A stretch of 64,000 bases of DNA. Source: Klebsormidium nitens (taxonomy: Eukaryota > Plantae > Klebsormidiophyceae). Numbering within the stretch: the first letter of the stretch is position 1; each line of letters starts with the position of its first letter. The notes below the pieces were generated by a model. The model did no database searches and was not told where the DNA came from. It was given only the letters and a program-made list of their open reading frames with translations. The stretch spans positions 124,001-188,000 of the forward strand of contig DF236988.1 of NCBI GenBank assembly GCA_000708835.1, given 5' to 3'. The translations under genes and the position numbers were made by a program. This document shows positions 1-13,800 of the stretch, in pieces.

Positions 1-653
1 AGCGACAAACTTGATTGCTCCTCAAAAATATTACCAACTTTTTAGCCAGGAGTGTTTCAGGGGGCAAGCGGGTACAAAAAATTCCCCTTACACTCTTCTG
101 GGCTCCACCATAGCTGACTTAGGAAAGAAGATTCCGTGCTGCCAAAGGCAAATACTCGCCGTTTTTGTGGGAGCTCGAGATGGCCTGTCACAGCTTTCAG
201 AAGAGCCCTCTTGACATCGAACCGCTGTATCAAGAGAGCGGAATGTCTATGCCCGTTGATACAGTAATTGCTTTCGAAAAGCTTCTCCACAGAATCTTTT
301 TGTTCTTAGCCTCGAGCTACGGTTGCTTGCTTGAACGCCACAACATCTGGGGCTTTGTTTGAGCCACCGCCAGCCCACAAAATGGGCATAAATGGGCGCT
401 TTTGGACTACAATGATTCTGGGAGAAATTTGAAGCGCCGAGCAGCCAGTGTCCTACTTGGTTCCGGAGGTGGAGGAGAACTTTAAAATCATGAGACAGTT
501 GGCTGCGATGCACATCAGACGCTCTGGAACGAACCCGCTGCGATTATCATGATTGGTTGATAACAAGCACCTGTTGGTCAAGAAATATGGCAACTCTGCA
601 ACCAGTGGAATGAGAAGGAATACAACGCAACGCCACGTGTCGACTGTTTACAG

Positions 654-3600
654 GTTCGGAAGCCTACTCGGAAGCTGCCCGGGCAGGAGCACGCGTACGG
701 GATCAACATGGTACAAGACCCGGAGAACGCAAAAGAAGGTTCGTGTGTGTACTTACACAACCTATGCTGCAACTGAACCTTCCTGGATTGGAGGAACCCG
801 TTACTCAAATTGCGAACGAGTATTTTTGAAACAGATAAAGACGAATTTTCAGCTCGTTTCAAGGCGGCGCTTTGGGTGAAACCTAGAGACACGACGCGAA
901 TCTGAACGAAATATCCAGATTTGAGAGAGAAACAGGAAAGTACAAGCGCCCTGCTCCTGTCAAGAATCAACTTCGCGTTCATATCAATATGAACCCGTTT
1001 TCGAGTAAAGTGGCGCAGTCTTTTGTACTTCGACAAAGGAAAAGCTGGTGTTTCCTGCATCACGCATAAGCCCACTTCAGTCGCAAGATGCGGCTGCGCG
1101 TCAGCTCCTCAGACATGCCGTCATATTCCCAGCACCTTCTCGTTAAGCACGACCCAATATCAGGCATCGCCCCTTTTATGATAAGCCGTCCCAACAAAGA
1201 ACACGGAAAACTGAGTGAGTTCAAGCCATAAGCTGAAGGCAACGAGAACAGGACATATCAAAACGACCGCTTCTAGTCTGCACGGAAGCTTGTATCTAGG
1301 TATGCTGATTACCAGCCCACAAGGTAGTATTACTTGTCTGCGTCCCTGATCATGTTGATGGCGCTTTCTCGGGCGTCTCATCGAGCATCTTGGTGTCCGT
1401 GCAGTCACGATGGTTTGGAAGGAGCACGAGCCCAATCCTGACAACAAGCCGGGCCCCGATTTCATGGCCATGAACCTGGCATCTATCAAGAGGTGAGTCA
1501 TTGAAGTCAAGAATCGCTATCGGCAACGGTTTTCGTCAGGGTTCTCGGAGCCTGATTGTCTTTGAGCGAAGCAGGGAATCCCAGCTCTCCCTTTTTGATT
1601 TCATCCAGAAGGATAGGTTGTAGTGTTCTGGGGAGAAACTAGTCGGACCGCTGCAAAAATAACACATCAGTGACTCTGAACTCCATGTACTGACTCTGAA
1701 GTCCACATGATATGAAAACAAACTGTCCCAGATAGCTGCGAGAGTCGGGACTGATGAAGTGCTTACCGTAAGCCGAACCCGCTCCATCCTTCGAGTAGAC
1801 GGCGTAATGAGCTCTTTGTTTTTATTTCAATCCTCCAAACGCACCGTACCGACTAGAATCTCCAGAGAGACAATTTCTACCTCATGAAGGCACCTTTCTC
1901 TTTATTCGGGGTACGAAGTGAGTAGCAAATGCTACGTTATCCGAGTCACTCTTGAACGAAGTGCCTACTGCCCCGCTACAGTGAGTGCACGACGGCGTCG
2001 GAGACCCGGATTTTCCGCGAGACGCACGACATCCGGATAAAGCAGGGCAGCCCCACAAAGGTAGGCTCCACCTTGCAGATTCAAGCGTTCGATAGGGAAT
2101 GAACAGCTTCAATCGATTTTAGTTCGGTGGTAATATGCAGCTCTCAAGGTGGAGCTTGAGCACTGCTCTAACTCTCAGAGTATATTCGGACAAGAGGTCT
2201 GGACGGGCTCTTCTTGAGTGACAGGTTGGGGTCGGTTGGACCCACGTACACGGCTTTGAGTCTACCCGCAACCACTTCAGAGAGCACTTTAACCAATGAG
2301 GACATCTTTGGTCCCACAATCGAGAACGCTGGTAAAGTGGATCTGCCAGATGCGCCGTCAACATATCAAGAGCAGCCTCAATGGATCGAGGAAAAGAAGT
2401 CGATTCCAAACAGAAGAGAGCGGGATAAACGATTTTAAGCCTAAACGTGTACTTATTTGTCCGCAGACGCGCCGCGAGCCCCTCATCCCGTCCGACTACA
2501 ATCCGGAGCACGTGTACGGACGCAGCACGCTCGTGCGGACGTACGCAGAGAAGCAGTGGCTTTCTTGGTGAGCCGCCAGGTTTTTGTGCTCAGACGGCTT
2601 ATGCATCATAAAAACGTAAAGTATCTTCAAATATTTCAATCCTACTGAGTAATTTTGCCGGGAAATTGTTTAAATGCCCTCAAGGTTTGAAAGCTCTGGA
2701 AAAAATGTGCTTGTCGGACCGTGCTTGTCGGAGCCCCTGAAAATGCTTACGTGCTTCTTTGGAGGGGTCAGTCTCCCACAGAAACAATTCGATACGAGTG
2801 GAGGACCGCATATGAGAAGCCAGTTCTGTGGGCGACCGCAAGTTCAAGCAGCTTCACCCTGTAATGTCGCCCCTTACCCAATTGCTTGAATTGAACTGCA
2901 ATCGAACATTCCGGTTCACCGGAGCACCGAGCAAAGAAGTCACAATCTTCCTGGCAGCTTTTGACGGGCGCTGAAGCGCAGCTTCCTTTTCAGCTTTTTG
3001 AGTTATGCCGCAGCTCATTCCCGCTGTCCACTCTCTACTCTTCTCCATTGACTTTTGGCTTCGACGTTGAAGCTTTCGACTTGGGAATTGTTGCTCGCGA
3101 TCCCTTTGATACCTTGAATGCATCATCACGACCCACAGCCCAGTTTTGAAGTTTGTTTTTCTCACTCTCATCCAGTGACACGCCGATCAAGAAGCTGATC
3201 CAGAACGACTACGGCGACGAGTGGATTCGCATGAACGAGGCGCGCCAGGAGGAGCTCAACCGACAGCACGAAAAAGTGCCGCCCAAAACCACCAGGGCCG
3301 CGCTGGTGAGGCCCCGCTCTAGTTTCCATTTGATGGTCTCAGGGGCTTAAGCTCTTGTGTTTTATGATTTGCATCTTTCGTCAAGCTCTCTTGTTGCGGG
3401 TTCCGGGGGTGCTCGGAAAGTTTGAGAACTTGTTGAGTTTCGACCTAGGGTCCGCCGGAGGATTTACGAAATTCATCTGGAACCTGAAGTGCCTCATGCC
3501 AACCGCATCTCGGTTCCACATCTTGCCCTGAAAGTTCTAGTCCATGGCCGAGTTTTGATGCGCTTTGCCCGGCTCTTCCAAGGGCCACGCGAGCAATCCT

Positions 3601-3775
3601 ATATTCCGGTTCCAATCTGATTCCGCCCACCTTTATACTGCTGCAGGGCCACGCGAGCAAGGCAAAGCTGGTAGCGGAACAGCAGCAGCCGAAGGAGCGG
3701 TTCGTGCTGAGCAAGTTCAAGAACGTGCCCACCAAGATCGACAACAAGCAGACGCTGCCGCTGCAGCGAGATTGA
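654..3775 (+). CDS. CFAP77: Cilia/flagella-associated protein 77 (FAP77/CFAP77-like); first coding exon not resolved
   Basis: Phase-consistent GT-AG exons 654-738, 1405-1492, 1982-2060, 2467-2567, 3176-3305, 3647-3775 give VRKPTRKLPGQEHAYG...ENAKEVTMVWKEHEPNPDNKPGPDFMAMN...FRETHDIRIK...LIPSDYNPEHVYG...TPIKKLIQNDYGDEWIRMN...TRAALGHA...FVLSKFKNVPTKI...*. This matches my recollection of the FAP77/CFAP77 motif order. Confidence 0.8.
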
Positions 3776-4847
3776 CACGTGGCGCACATTGAGCGCCTCC
3801 AAAAGGGGCCCAGATAGTAGGTTGAGGGGCGGCTGACAACTTGGCAGCGTGGTAACATGAGGGTAGTGCTTTCTATGCACAGCAATCGTTTGTCATGTTG
3901 AGCTAGTGACATGATCAGGAATAAAGACAGCTCTCACTGTCTTAAGTGGAGGAGCTCTGTACATATAATACCTAGTATTGGTTTCCGGTGGAAATGATAG
4001 AGGTAGGCCAGCTAGAGGTCGCCCCGGCGTCGCTGGACAAAGTCCGACGACTTTGGATTGCCCCTGTGGGCCCATTAAAGTATGCAGATGCAACATTGCA
4101 GCCAGAGCCCAATCGATCTAGCTGGGATTTAAAGACAGCAGGCAGTTGCTGTCTAGCTAGCCTAAGATTGCAGTGCTATGTGCATTTTAGCTGACGCGTA
4201 TCGATCTCCTCACATGCACCGACACTAAGTCACACGGTCATCTGTGCCAAGCCTGATGCTTTCTTTGGAATGTGCAAGTGCTCACATCAATCTAGCCATG
4301 CCGCCATGCAGGCACGCCAAACGTATTGACACAAATAGGAAGCCATGCGAATGCGCCCGACATGCATACGCTTCAATGAGCGGATCTTGCAAAAGGAGGA
4401 AGCTCTCCGCAACATGCATTCCGTGACCACAGCCCTCTCCTAATCCCAAGACCACGCTTTCCAGGGCTCAGATTCACGGTAAAGAGGGCCACTCAATCAT
4501 TTACAGGGTCTAAATTCAAGAAATGGTCGCTATGACCAAAAAACGTCTAATTTGCAGCCGGAAAGTTTTCCAAACACATACTGCAAGTGCCCCAAAACCC
4601 TTTCCCCCCTCACCCCGTATTCTAATCTTTACCTACCCGTTAGTGGTCTACGTTTGGCAGGTTGTCTACCATGGTTACTGCTCCTACGACTTTGACTAAA
4701 TTCTGATCGTTCCTACAGCACCGATATTACACTGTACTGCTTGCCAAAGAACCAAAGCTCGCTACGACAACGGGTGTAGAAACGTGCGCTACGCATGCAG
4801 GTGTCAATCTACGTAAACCCAACTAAGCGGTCAGAGAGTCGTTCGAA

Positions 4848-7800
4848 TCAGTGAGAACCCGAGCTTCGTCTCCGTTCTGGCAACTGCGAGGGATCCATGT
4901 GCCCCAGAGCGTCCATAAAGTCCTTCACAACGTCCTTGCCCTTCATGAAGTTGATCCACCGAAGCCGCTCATTCTGCAGAAACAAAGAGCACGTCAGCCT
5001 TTTAAAAATTGTCGTCTGTGCCGCCAACTGAATACGTCCCTTTCTCAAACAATAAAGCAATGACAATACTTTCCTGGGTTGTCCGACCAGATGAAGGCAG
5101 AACTCTCGACATTTGCCAATCATCTAATTGCTAAACGCTGACTCCGAACGGATGTATCATGCAGCCTTCCCTACTGCACAAAAAGCGTCGCCTTCGAATG
5201 AGATTGACCTGAGAGTCTGCCTTAATCCTCAATAACAGACCTGCTTCGAAGAAAACAAGAAAACGTACTCCGCTTCTACAAACTCCACAGCCACACAAAT
5301 CATATGACAACAAGCTTCACCGCAGCACCAAAAACCAAGTTCATCTTTGCACCAAGCAAACAAACTCGTTTGAATTCTGCAGCTCTATTGCATCAGCCGG
5401 AGGTGCAGTTGGCATCGGACCTGTATAGTCCCTGGCTTACTCAAGTTGCTTTACACCTTCCTCTCTTTTCCCTGTACGTTGTTCTTCTCGCTCAGAATCC
5501 CTCCGTAGATCCAGGGTTTCTCAACAATCCAAAAATCTCCCTCTGGAAAACTCGTCCACAGGGGTGCACAACCAACGTGTCCAAAGGGCGACCGCCCCCC
5601 TCACCTGCAGTGCCGTGTGATCGCTCGCCTGGCTGATCGGCAGGTGCAGCGCGGGCGCCTCGAGCGCCTTCTCCAAAAACGGCACCACCGGCATCGTCCC
5701 CCCCTCGCGCACGTACATCGGGCGCACGCCCCACTGCCGCCCGATTGCCTGCTCCGCCGTGCGGTAAAACACGTTGGTCGGGTCTGCGAGCCACCAGTCG
5801 CCCACGTGCTGGACCTTGACCTCCAGGCGGTTGCCCCGGGCGCGCAGCTTGGCGAACTCGTGCGCGGCGTGCGCTCGGATCTTCTCGATCAGGCGCTCGG
5901 GGTCCTGGTTGGGCACGTGGCGGATGCAGATCTGCGGGAGGGAGAGAAAGAGTGAGAATTTGGCGGAGCCGAGAAAGCTGGTTAGAGAACGCTGAGACTA
6001 TGTCTGACTCAGAAGTTCTCGGCCGGACAGGTGGCGAATCAAAACCCGGAACTGGCGGTCTTCAAGGACTTCTGTACAACTTTCAAAGCGGTTCAGCAAG
6101 CATTCAGGAGGTAAAGGAAGACACGGGTCAAGAGGAATATCAGAAGAGAACATGATAACAGGATGGTCGTCATCCTTTGCCCTATGATCAGCGAGACAAG
6201 AGATTTGCCCCGATTTTGCCTAGTTTAAGCAGATAAGAAACACACGCTCCTTCAGCATGAAGGCTTGCTGCTCCTTACCCTGGCACTGCAGCCCTTAGGT
6301 ATTGTGGACCAGCCCACCGCCCCCGACTCAACGCCCAGAATGCTCAGAGACGGGTTCCGCCACCGGTTCATGAGCACCTCCCGCGAAGTGGAGCCCGTCA
6401 GATCCTTCAACCCGCTCGCAGCCTGCGCACACGTCGTCAAACGTCAGTCACTTCTGTTGAGCACTCCTCAACTCTGCACGTAACAGTAAGGACAGTGATG
6501 CCGTACAACGAGGAGCTTTCAATGACAGCAAGTTCGCTTCCTTCAAACCGTAGCTTCTTGGAACAGAAAAAAGTGGCAACCTGACGAGATCACTCTGCGC
6601 TTGTTCCCCGTGTCGAACGGAGAATGCACACGCCCAGGAATGAGAGAAATTCCATACTAACACAGAGTACGAACTTTGATGAAGACAGGAAGCCAATACT
6701 TCCAAAGCTCCCCAATGCAGCTCGTGCTCGGCCTTTTCCCCGTCTGATTTTTTAAGTATGTCTTCTTCTCGAAACACTTTCCGAAATCTTTGTTCCCTTT
6801 TACGTTTCCTTTCGCAACAGGCTCCCCACCTTGTACTCAGAGAGCTTGAACGTCAGCCCCTCATACAGCGCCTCCTCCTCACGGTCCAGCGGCTTGACGT
6901 CATCGTAGAACCCGGGCACCAGGATCATGTTGTTCGAGTCCACCAGGTTAGACAGAACCGCAACCAGGTTATTCATGGGTTCCGTAAACGAGCCCCCGTC
7001 CGAGCCCGAGTGCAGGTTCTTTTCGGGGCCGGTGACTTCGAGCACGAGGCAGATGAGGCCGCGCATGCCGTAGGTTAGGCAGGGGTGGTTGTCGCTGCAA
7101 GGGGGGGGTAAGGGGTGTATTAGCACATCGAGGCCGTGCTTAGACTAAGCGACCCTGAGGGAATGTTTTGGCAATCGGCTTTCGCTGAGAGGTGAGAACC
7201 ATTTTCGACGTTTCAGTTCGTCAGAACGAAAGTGTGGGCTAGGCAAAAGTACCGGTTGCTGCAAGTCAACGACTAAGTCAGCGGTCCGACGTCCCTGTTG
7301 TTGAGAAGCTGTCCGATGGGCTACTTCGACAGAGCTGCACTGTTCCAGTAGTCAGGACAGTCCACAGACAAATTCTTTCGCACAAACCGCCAGTGGCTAG
7401 GTCTTGAAGCTAAGCGAATTTCGTCAGTCAACGCCAGACAACCGAGTCACGAGTCTTGCCAGTTTGTTGTATGTAGTAACATTCGCCACAAACAGTAACC
7501 TCTCCGAGCAGAAAGAGGCATTTCATCTAAGAGAGCGATACGCAACTAAGATCGTTGTATGAGCAACACTGACGAGCAAGAAAAGCTGCTGAAAATAAGT
7601 TTACCTTAGCCATGCGGTGTTAGAGGTTAGGATGAGCTGCGTGCCTTCAAACCACTCTAGGTTCGACTGGACAGCTTCCCGGAAACCCTGCAGAACAGCC
7701 CCATACAATGCGTAAATTGGGAAAGTCTTCAAAAAGCAACGTTCTGTAGTATCTTCGAATAGAAAGACCCTATGATATCCTTCCTTCAGTACGCTCCAGA

Positions 7801-10800
7801 TCAATGCCGATCCTTGCCACCACACGTACAAACCATGACGCATGACGGCTTATCGGACTCCATGTCTTAAAAGCTCTTTGAACCAAGCCCGACGACTTCA
7901 GGATAATCATTTTTCCCAGCTCAAAAGCTGCTTCATTCCCTTATCCTCGCGCCTGAATGTAAGATCGCAAGCTCCGCACAATCCACCCTGATTTTGATGG
8001 CTTCGACGAGACCGCGAAAAGCCGCCAGAACAGCGGTCACACGCAGCACGTAAGACCCCAGGAGCCCCCGCTCCACGCACGCACCTGGCAGCCGTTCTCG
8101 TTCATGCCATCAAACACAAAGATGACGTTGACTTTGAGGTCGCCCTTGGAGGCCAGTTCTCGGACAGCGGACAACGTGGCGATGATTGGGCCCTTGCAAT
8201 CGGATACGCCGCGCCCATACAAGAACCCGTCGATCGCGGCCAACTCCCACGGGTCTGTGGTCCACCCGTCCTCGGGCGCCGCGTTGACGTCGTAGTGGCC
8301 GCTGATGGTCACCGTCACCGCATTAGGATCCTGCGAGAGTTCACAAACGACGGAACATTTGAACGTGCAAAGCTCATGGTCAGAGATATGACCCAAATGT
8401 TGTACACTTGACAGCTACAGCTATAAAAATTAGAATTGCATTTAGTTGTAGTGGCCGCTGACGGTCACCATCACGGCATCAGGATCCTGGAAAAGCAAAC
8501 ATTGACAGATTTCCGATCAAGGACCTGTCTGGCGTCGAGGTTTGGTAAAGAACGATGCGGGAAATCAAAGCGAGGCTATAAATGCGCGGCACAATCTGGT
8601 TTCGAAGCCCGGAGGTTACGTCACGTTATGGTGACCGTTATTATGGTCACTGCCGAGCTTTTGGAATGGGGCCAAATTCACAATTTAAGCGAAGTTCTGC
8701 ACTGCGAGGCGATAAATGTGTCAGAGCTTTTTGATTTGCAACAAACGGTTGCTTTTCAACGGAAGGGGGGCGCACCGCGCGTCCCCAAGCGCACTCTCAA
8801 CTCACGGCAGTCCACAATCTCCAAAATCTCCAAGACTGGTTGCACGCAACTAAACCCGAACCTTCCAATCATATCTTCAAAACCCACCTGTATAAGCCGG
8901 CCCATAACCACCGGGTTAGTGTTTTCCTGCCCCACCACCAGCTTCACCTCCGCTCCGATTGTCTCCAGAAGGCCCTTCAAAAAGTTGGCGCCTTTCCACG
9001 CCTGGTCCTGACCCGCACGGCTGCGGTCCACGCTGACCGTCCGGATCGAAACGAACGTCCGGAGCAGCTCCTCCATCTCGGACTGCTGCTTGCGGCTCTC
9101 CTCGCGGGGGAAGGTCTGCATCAGCAGAGGGGCGGATTAGAGGATTAAAGACGTAGTGACAATCAGTCGAAGTTGGGTGCCGCTTCCAACATCTTCCGCC
9201 GGTTTGATTGCTGGACGGAATGTCCAGGCGGTGTCAGGTCCTGAGCAGACTCTCCAAGACAACTCGTTCCAACAAGAAACTCAACAACCAAGAAGAGCTT
9301 ACCAACGACGCCTGTCCTCATCAGAACTTATTGGGCACCCCACAGAAGCAATCAGATACCAGATTTAGTTGCTCGCTCTCGTCTCAATGATGGCGATTCT
9401 TCTCGCGGCGGTAAAAGGTTCCCACCTTTTTGCGCGTCTGCGGCGAGAGCGCCCCCTTGCCGACGGGCGTGTCCGCGGTGTCCACTTCCCAAAAGCGGAC
9501 GAGGCCGTCGGACGAGCCGGTGAGGACGCCGTCGTGCGTGCAGGCGACCGAGAGGAAGATCGCGTCCTGGTTCAGGAAGATGCGCAGGCACTCATACGTC
9601 TCGAGGCTCCACATCCTGCGCGTGAGGACGAGAAGAGGTGTCAACGAGTCCCTTTGAAAATCAGCAAGCTAAGGTGTAATCGCAAGTGTAGGTAGATGAA
9701 AGAAGCCTGACATGATGAAAGATTTGCAGACAGCTCTATGCCTCCCTACATTCTCAAGGCTGATTGAAGAGAGCGGCCAAAAGGTAAATTCGCACTTGAG
9801 GTGCGGCGAGTGGGATTCGGAAGAAGGTGAGTGTGAAGACGAAAATGGCATCTTCTGTTAATTAAAATGCGCGACCTTTGTATCCGAGGTCCTTAATCCT
9901 GTGCAGGAGCGTTGCAGGAGTGAGAGTGCACAATCGCACTGTTTCTCTTGGCAGAAACGCACCATAATCCTGCAAAGGTGCACCTTACCTGACGGTGTGA
10001 TCGGACGACGCGCTGTAAAACTCCTCCCGGTAACCGATTGCCAGCCCTAAAACGTCGTCCGTATGTCCAGTAATTGTCGTAATGGGGCACTTGGTAGACA
10101 TGTCCCAAACCCGGATCGTGTTATCTCTTGACCCGCTCAGCAGCCGCCACTCGAGCTTCGACGCGTCATCGCATGAGACGCGGTCTTGTCGGTCCGGGCT
10201 GTCCCTCACGGCCGCGAGCGCCATGACGCCGCCCTTGTGCCCGTGCAGCGTCGTCTCGCAGTTGCCTGATTCTAGGCACCAGACCTGCAGAGATGACGGT
10301 AACGGTCAGGAGGAGATAAAAATGTCACAGTATCTGACGTTCAGTTAAAAAAGCGAGGATTTAGGCAAAAATTGCTTGACAACGACATCGACATTCCCCG
10401 TGGTCTGGGTTTCCACGGAAACTCCTTGTTCGGGAATCACATCGGGGGCTGTTCGTCTACTTCCACGTTTTTAGCAGTGCCTTTCCACCGCTTGCAAGAG
10501 CCCCCAACTGATCTGCGGGCAGAGACCCTCATCGTAGAGTTGAGAGAGCTTGCAAAACCCTGCCAAAAAGTTCTTCCGACTTCAATCTTGACTACAAGAA
10601 TCGTCTCTTCTTTCATGTGGATTACTTCATCTAGAAATCTCTGGCCGTATTTCGTCGACGAGGAAAAACAACGTGGTGCCAGTGGGTTAGAGTGCGCAAC
10701 CCCTTCACCCACCTTGACAAGCCCATCCCCTGCGCCGCTGCACAGGAACGGGTCGCACATGGTCAACGCGTACACGCGGCTGCAGTGGCCCCCCCTCTCC

Positions 10801-13800
10801 GTATCGGTCAGCACCAGCGTCGGCTCCGTCGCTTTACTGGCTGCCGGCACGCCCCAGTACGCCGATCCCGCGGGAGAGCCAAGCATGCTCGCGGTGGATT
10901 GCTGCGTTTCCAGCTCCCCCCCGTGGGCCTCGTCTTTCAACAAGCTAGAATGAAGACCGCCCCCAGCTTCAGGGAGGGTTCGTTTCCGGGGGATGGAAAT
11001 GGGGACCGAAGATGAGAGGGGCTGCGTCGAATCGACCCTCGTCAGAGTGGGGGGGTGCAGGGGGGGGTGCCGTACATGGGGGGTGGGGATGCCGGGCAAC
11101 GCGACTTCGGGGGGGACCATCGCCGGGAACGCGTGCCCCCCGGGGGGCACGTTCGGGTGCGCGCTTGACCCCCCGTTGTTTGCCATCTCCGCGTCCCAGA
11201 CTACAGAGCAGTACATCCCGTCCGACGCGGCGCCGTCGCCATCGACGCTGCTCGCGCGGCTCAGGGGGTCCTCCGGGTCGCTCGAGTACCCGTTCCCCTC
11301 GATGTGCAGCCTCCCGGGCTCCTTCGACCGCCCGTTCCCGGCCCGGAAGTGCCCGTTCCCGAGCGCCGGGAGCGTCGGGCTGCTCGACGACTTCTGGAGC
11401 AGCGTCTCCCGGCCCCCCGCGGCGAGGACCGCCGCGCAGGTCCCGTTCGACATGCGACTGCAGCGGATGATGCTCGTGCCGGCCGGGCCCGCGACCGCGC
11501 GCCCCTGCGCGAGCGCGAGCGCGAAGACGTCCCCGTCCGAGTGGCGCAGCGTGCTGATGAGCTGGTACGAGTGCAGGTCCCAGCACTTGACGACGCGCGT
11601 GGAGCTGCTGTAGAGGCGGCCGTTGTGCGTGGAGATTGCGAAGATGGTCTGCGAGTGGCCCGCCAGCGTCTTGATGTGGTTGAAGTTGCGCAGGTCGTAC
11701 AGCTTAATAAGGCCGTCCTGGCCGCCTGGCAAGGACGGGGCTCGGGCGTCAGCGATGCTCGAAGCTCCAGATTATGAGGTCTTTACTTGCTTCTCGCAAA
11801 CATGCTGCCTCAAGTCAGTCGTCTGAGTCGGTCATTGGATCTAGGAGATTCAAGGGCAAACCGCTCGACTCTTTTTCTCAGCTGCATGCCCAAGGACTGG
11901 AGCATCTCACATGCTTCCTATGAACCATAGCTGATGGCATGCACAACAGCAATGTTGTCTTCAGTCCTTCCAAACCAAGCCGATTTGTCCAAACACAATG
12001 CAAAGCTCCCTCCTCTTCGTGCAGGACAAAAATTCGAAGGAAGTTGTGCAACATGATCGCAGATAGTGCTCCTTTACCTGTGAAGATGCGATCCCCGTCG
12101 ATGGCAATCGCCATGACCGCCTTGCTGTGCGCTGCCAAGCTGTGGCGGGGCTGCACGCTGACGGGGATCTCGGCTGGCAAGAGGGGCTCAGGTGCTACTT
12201 CTCTCCTAAAGCGGGGGTTGTACAAGTGCTGCTGAGGGGCGGGGGTGGGGGCCAGTGCCTTAAAGCAGCGGCTAATGTCTTTAGCGATGGGGGCGGGGGG
12301 GTTGATGGGGCACAGGAGAACGTCGACAAACGCGCTCTTGAAGCGCGTCAGGACGACCATGTTGTTTCGGGGAACCTGCAGAAAGGAGACGAGATCAGGC
12401 ATTGAAAGTCTGTCTGAGACACAGACGAAGTTTCCGGGGCAGCCTTCAAGCACTGCCGTGGCTGACGACCGGTGGCTGACATGATGAATTTTAACTCGTT
12501 TGCAAACAAAGCCATCAGCAATGACGAAGCAACTTGCAATTGCGAAGTTTCCAAAACGACAAATCTGCCGTTAGCTCATGGTGCCGCTCAGGCGAACACC
12601 TGACCTCAAACGCTCTAACATAGCCAGACAAGGAGCACAGGCCTGGTTGACTTCAGCAACCATACCACCTGCCCGAGCTCGACGATAGGAATATGAAAAT
12701 GACTCCCATTGCCAAGATCTGAACCTGCCTTGGCTATCAGCCCTTTGGTTGATCTGCCAGGGTGTTGTCTGTTCGATTCATTCCCATCCTCCAAGGAAAT
12801 CGGGAACTGAGATTAGCAACAAACCAGTATTCTTCTTTCTTGGATTCTGCAAGGCCCCCAGACGTAGTTGCACTGCGCTTACCTGGATCCAATCCGAGTT
12901 CTCCTCCGTCAGCGGTTCCGACGCCACAATCCCCAGCAGGCCCCTCCGATCGCTGTGCTTCACAAAGTACTGATTACTGTTTGAGTCAGCCCCCACCCAC
13001 TGGCTCCCCGAGGCGTAATACAAAGAGGCGGGAGCCTCAGACTCGAGGTTTGTATACCGAGATGCAACCACAGTTTTCCCGTCTGAGACCACGAAATTGA
13101 GCAGGTTGAGCTCATCCCCGTGGCCTTCTTCCCGCCCAATGCGAATGATGGTGTTGATCGTGCTCTCCATGAGGGCCACGAGCTCCTCCGGCCGCTTCTC
13201 CGCCATGAGGTCGTCGATCTGGGCAACACAATAGCCATCGTTTTGGAGGTGACCATATTTCTCATTGAGAGAAGCGGAACGACAAGTAACTTTTGGAAGG
13301 GCATAGAGAAAGCAACAGCTTATATACGCATAGGCTGTGGACCTTTGTACAAGTTCAGGATTTGGCGGACGCCAGGCTATGTGATTGTCGTGCCGCCAAG
13401 TCTCATATTCAGTGCAGGACTTGGTGGTGATGTCTGAGGCCAGTCTACTCACTCTCTTCTGAGTATGGCACTTCTATCAGCGAATAGCCTTCAGGAGAAT
13501 GAGGTCCCCCTTATGCAGTAGCGATTGGAATTCTTTCTTGCGTAGGTCTTCCTCTTGAAGGTGTCGACCAAAGGGTGTCAACCAACGCATGAAGCAATAG
13601 ACTGGTGCAAGGTGAAGAGATGGTAACTCATTCTTCATCTTCAGGCTCCAAAAACAAGAAGGCCATAAAAGTGATCCCAGCAAGCAAACCCCGCGGCCCT
13701 ACTATCCAACGCATCCTCTGCCCAGGAAATGAGAACCTTTTAAGAAGCAGAACTAAGAGCAGCCTGCTTGGCAAGACTGCAGGACACCTACCTGGTTGAG

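Noticed and set aside
1-520. ORFs 247-513(-) and 57-290(-) as a divergent gene
   Set aside because: No recognisable motif or splice structure within the window.
10372-11777. Long plus-strand ORFs (10372-10953, 10993-11613, 11304-11777) and alternative minus frames
   Set aside because: Shadow ORFs of the very GC-rich exon 6 of the DUG fusion.
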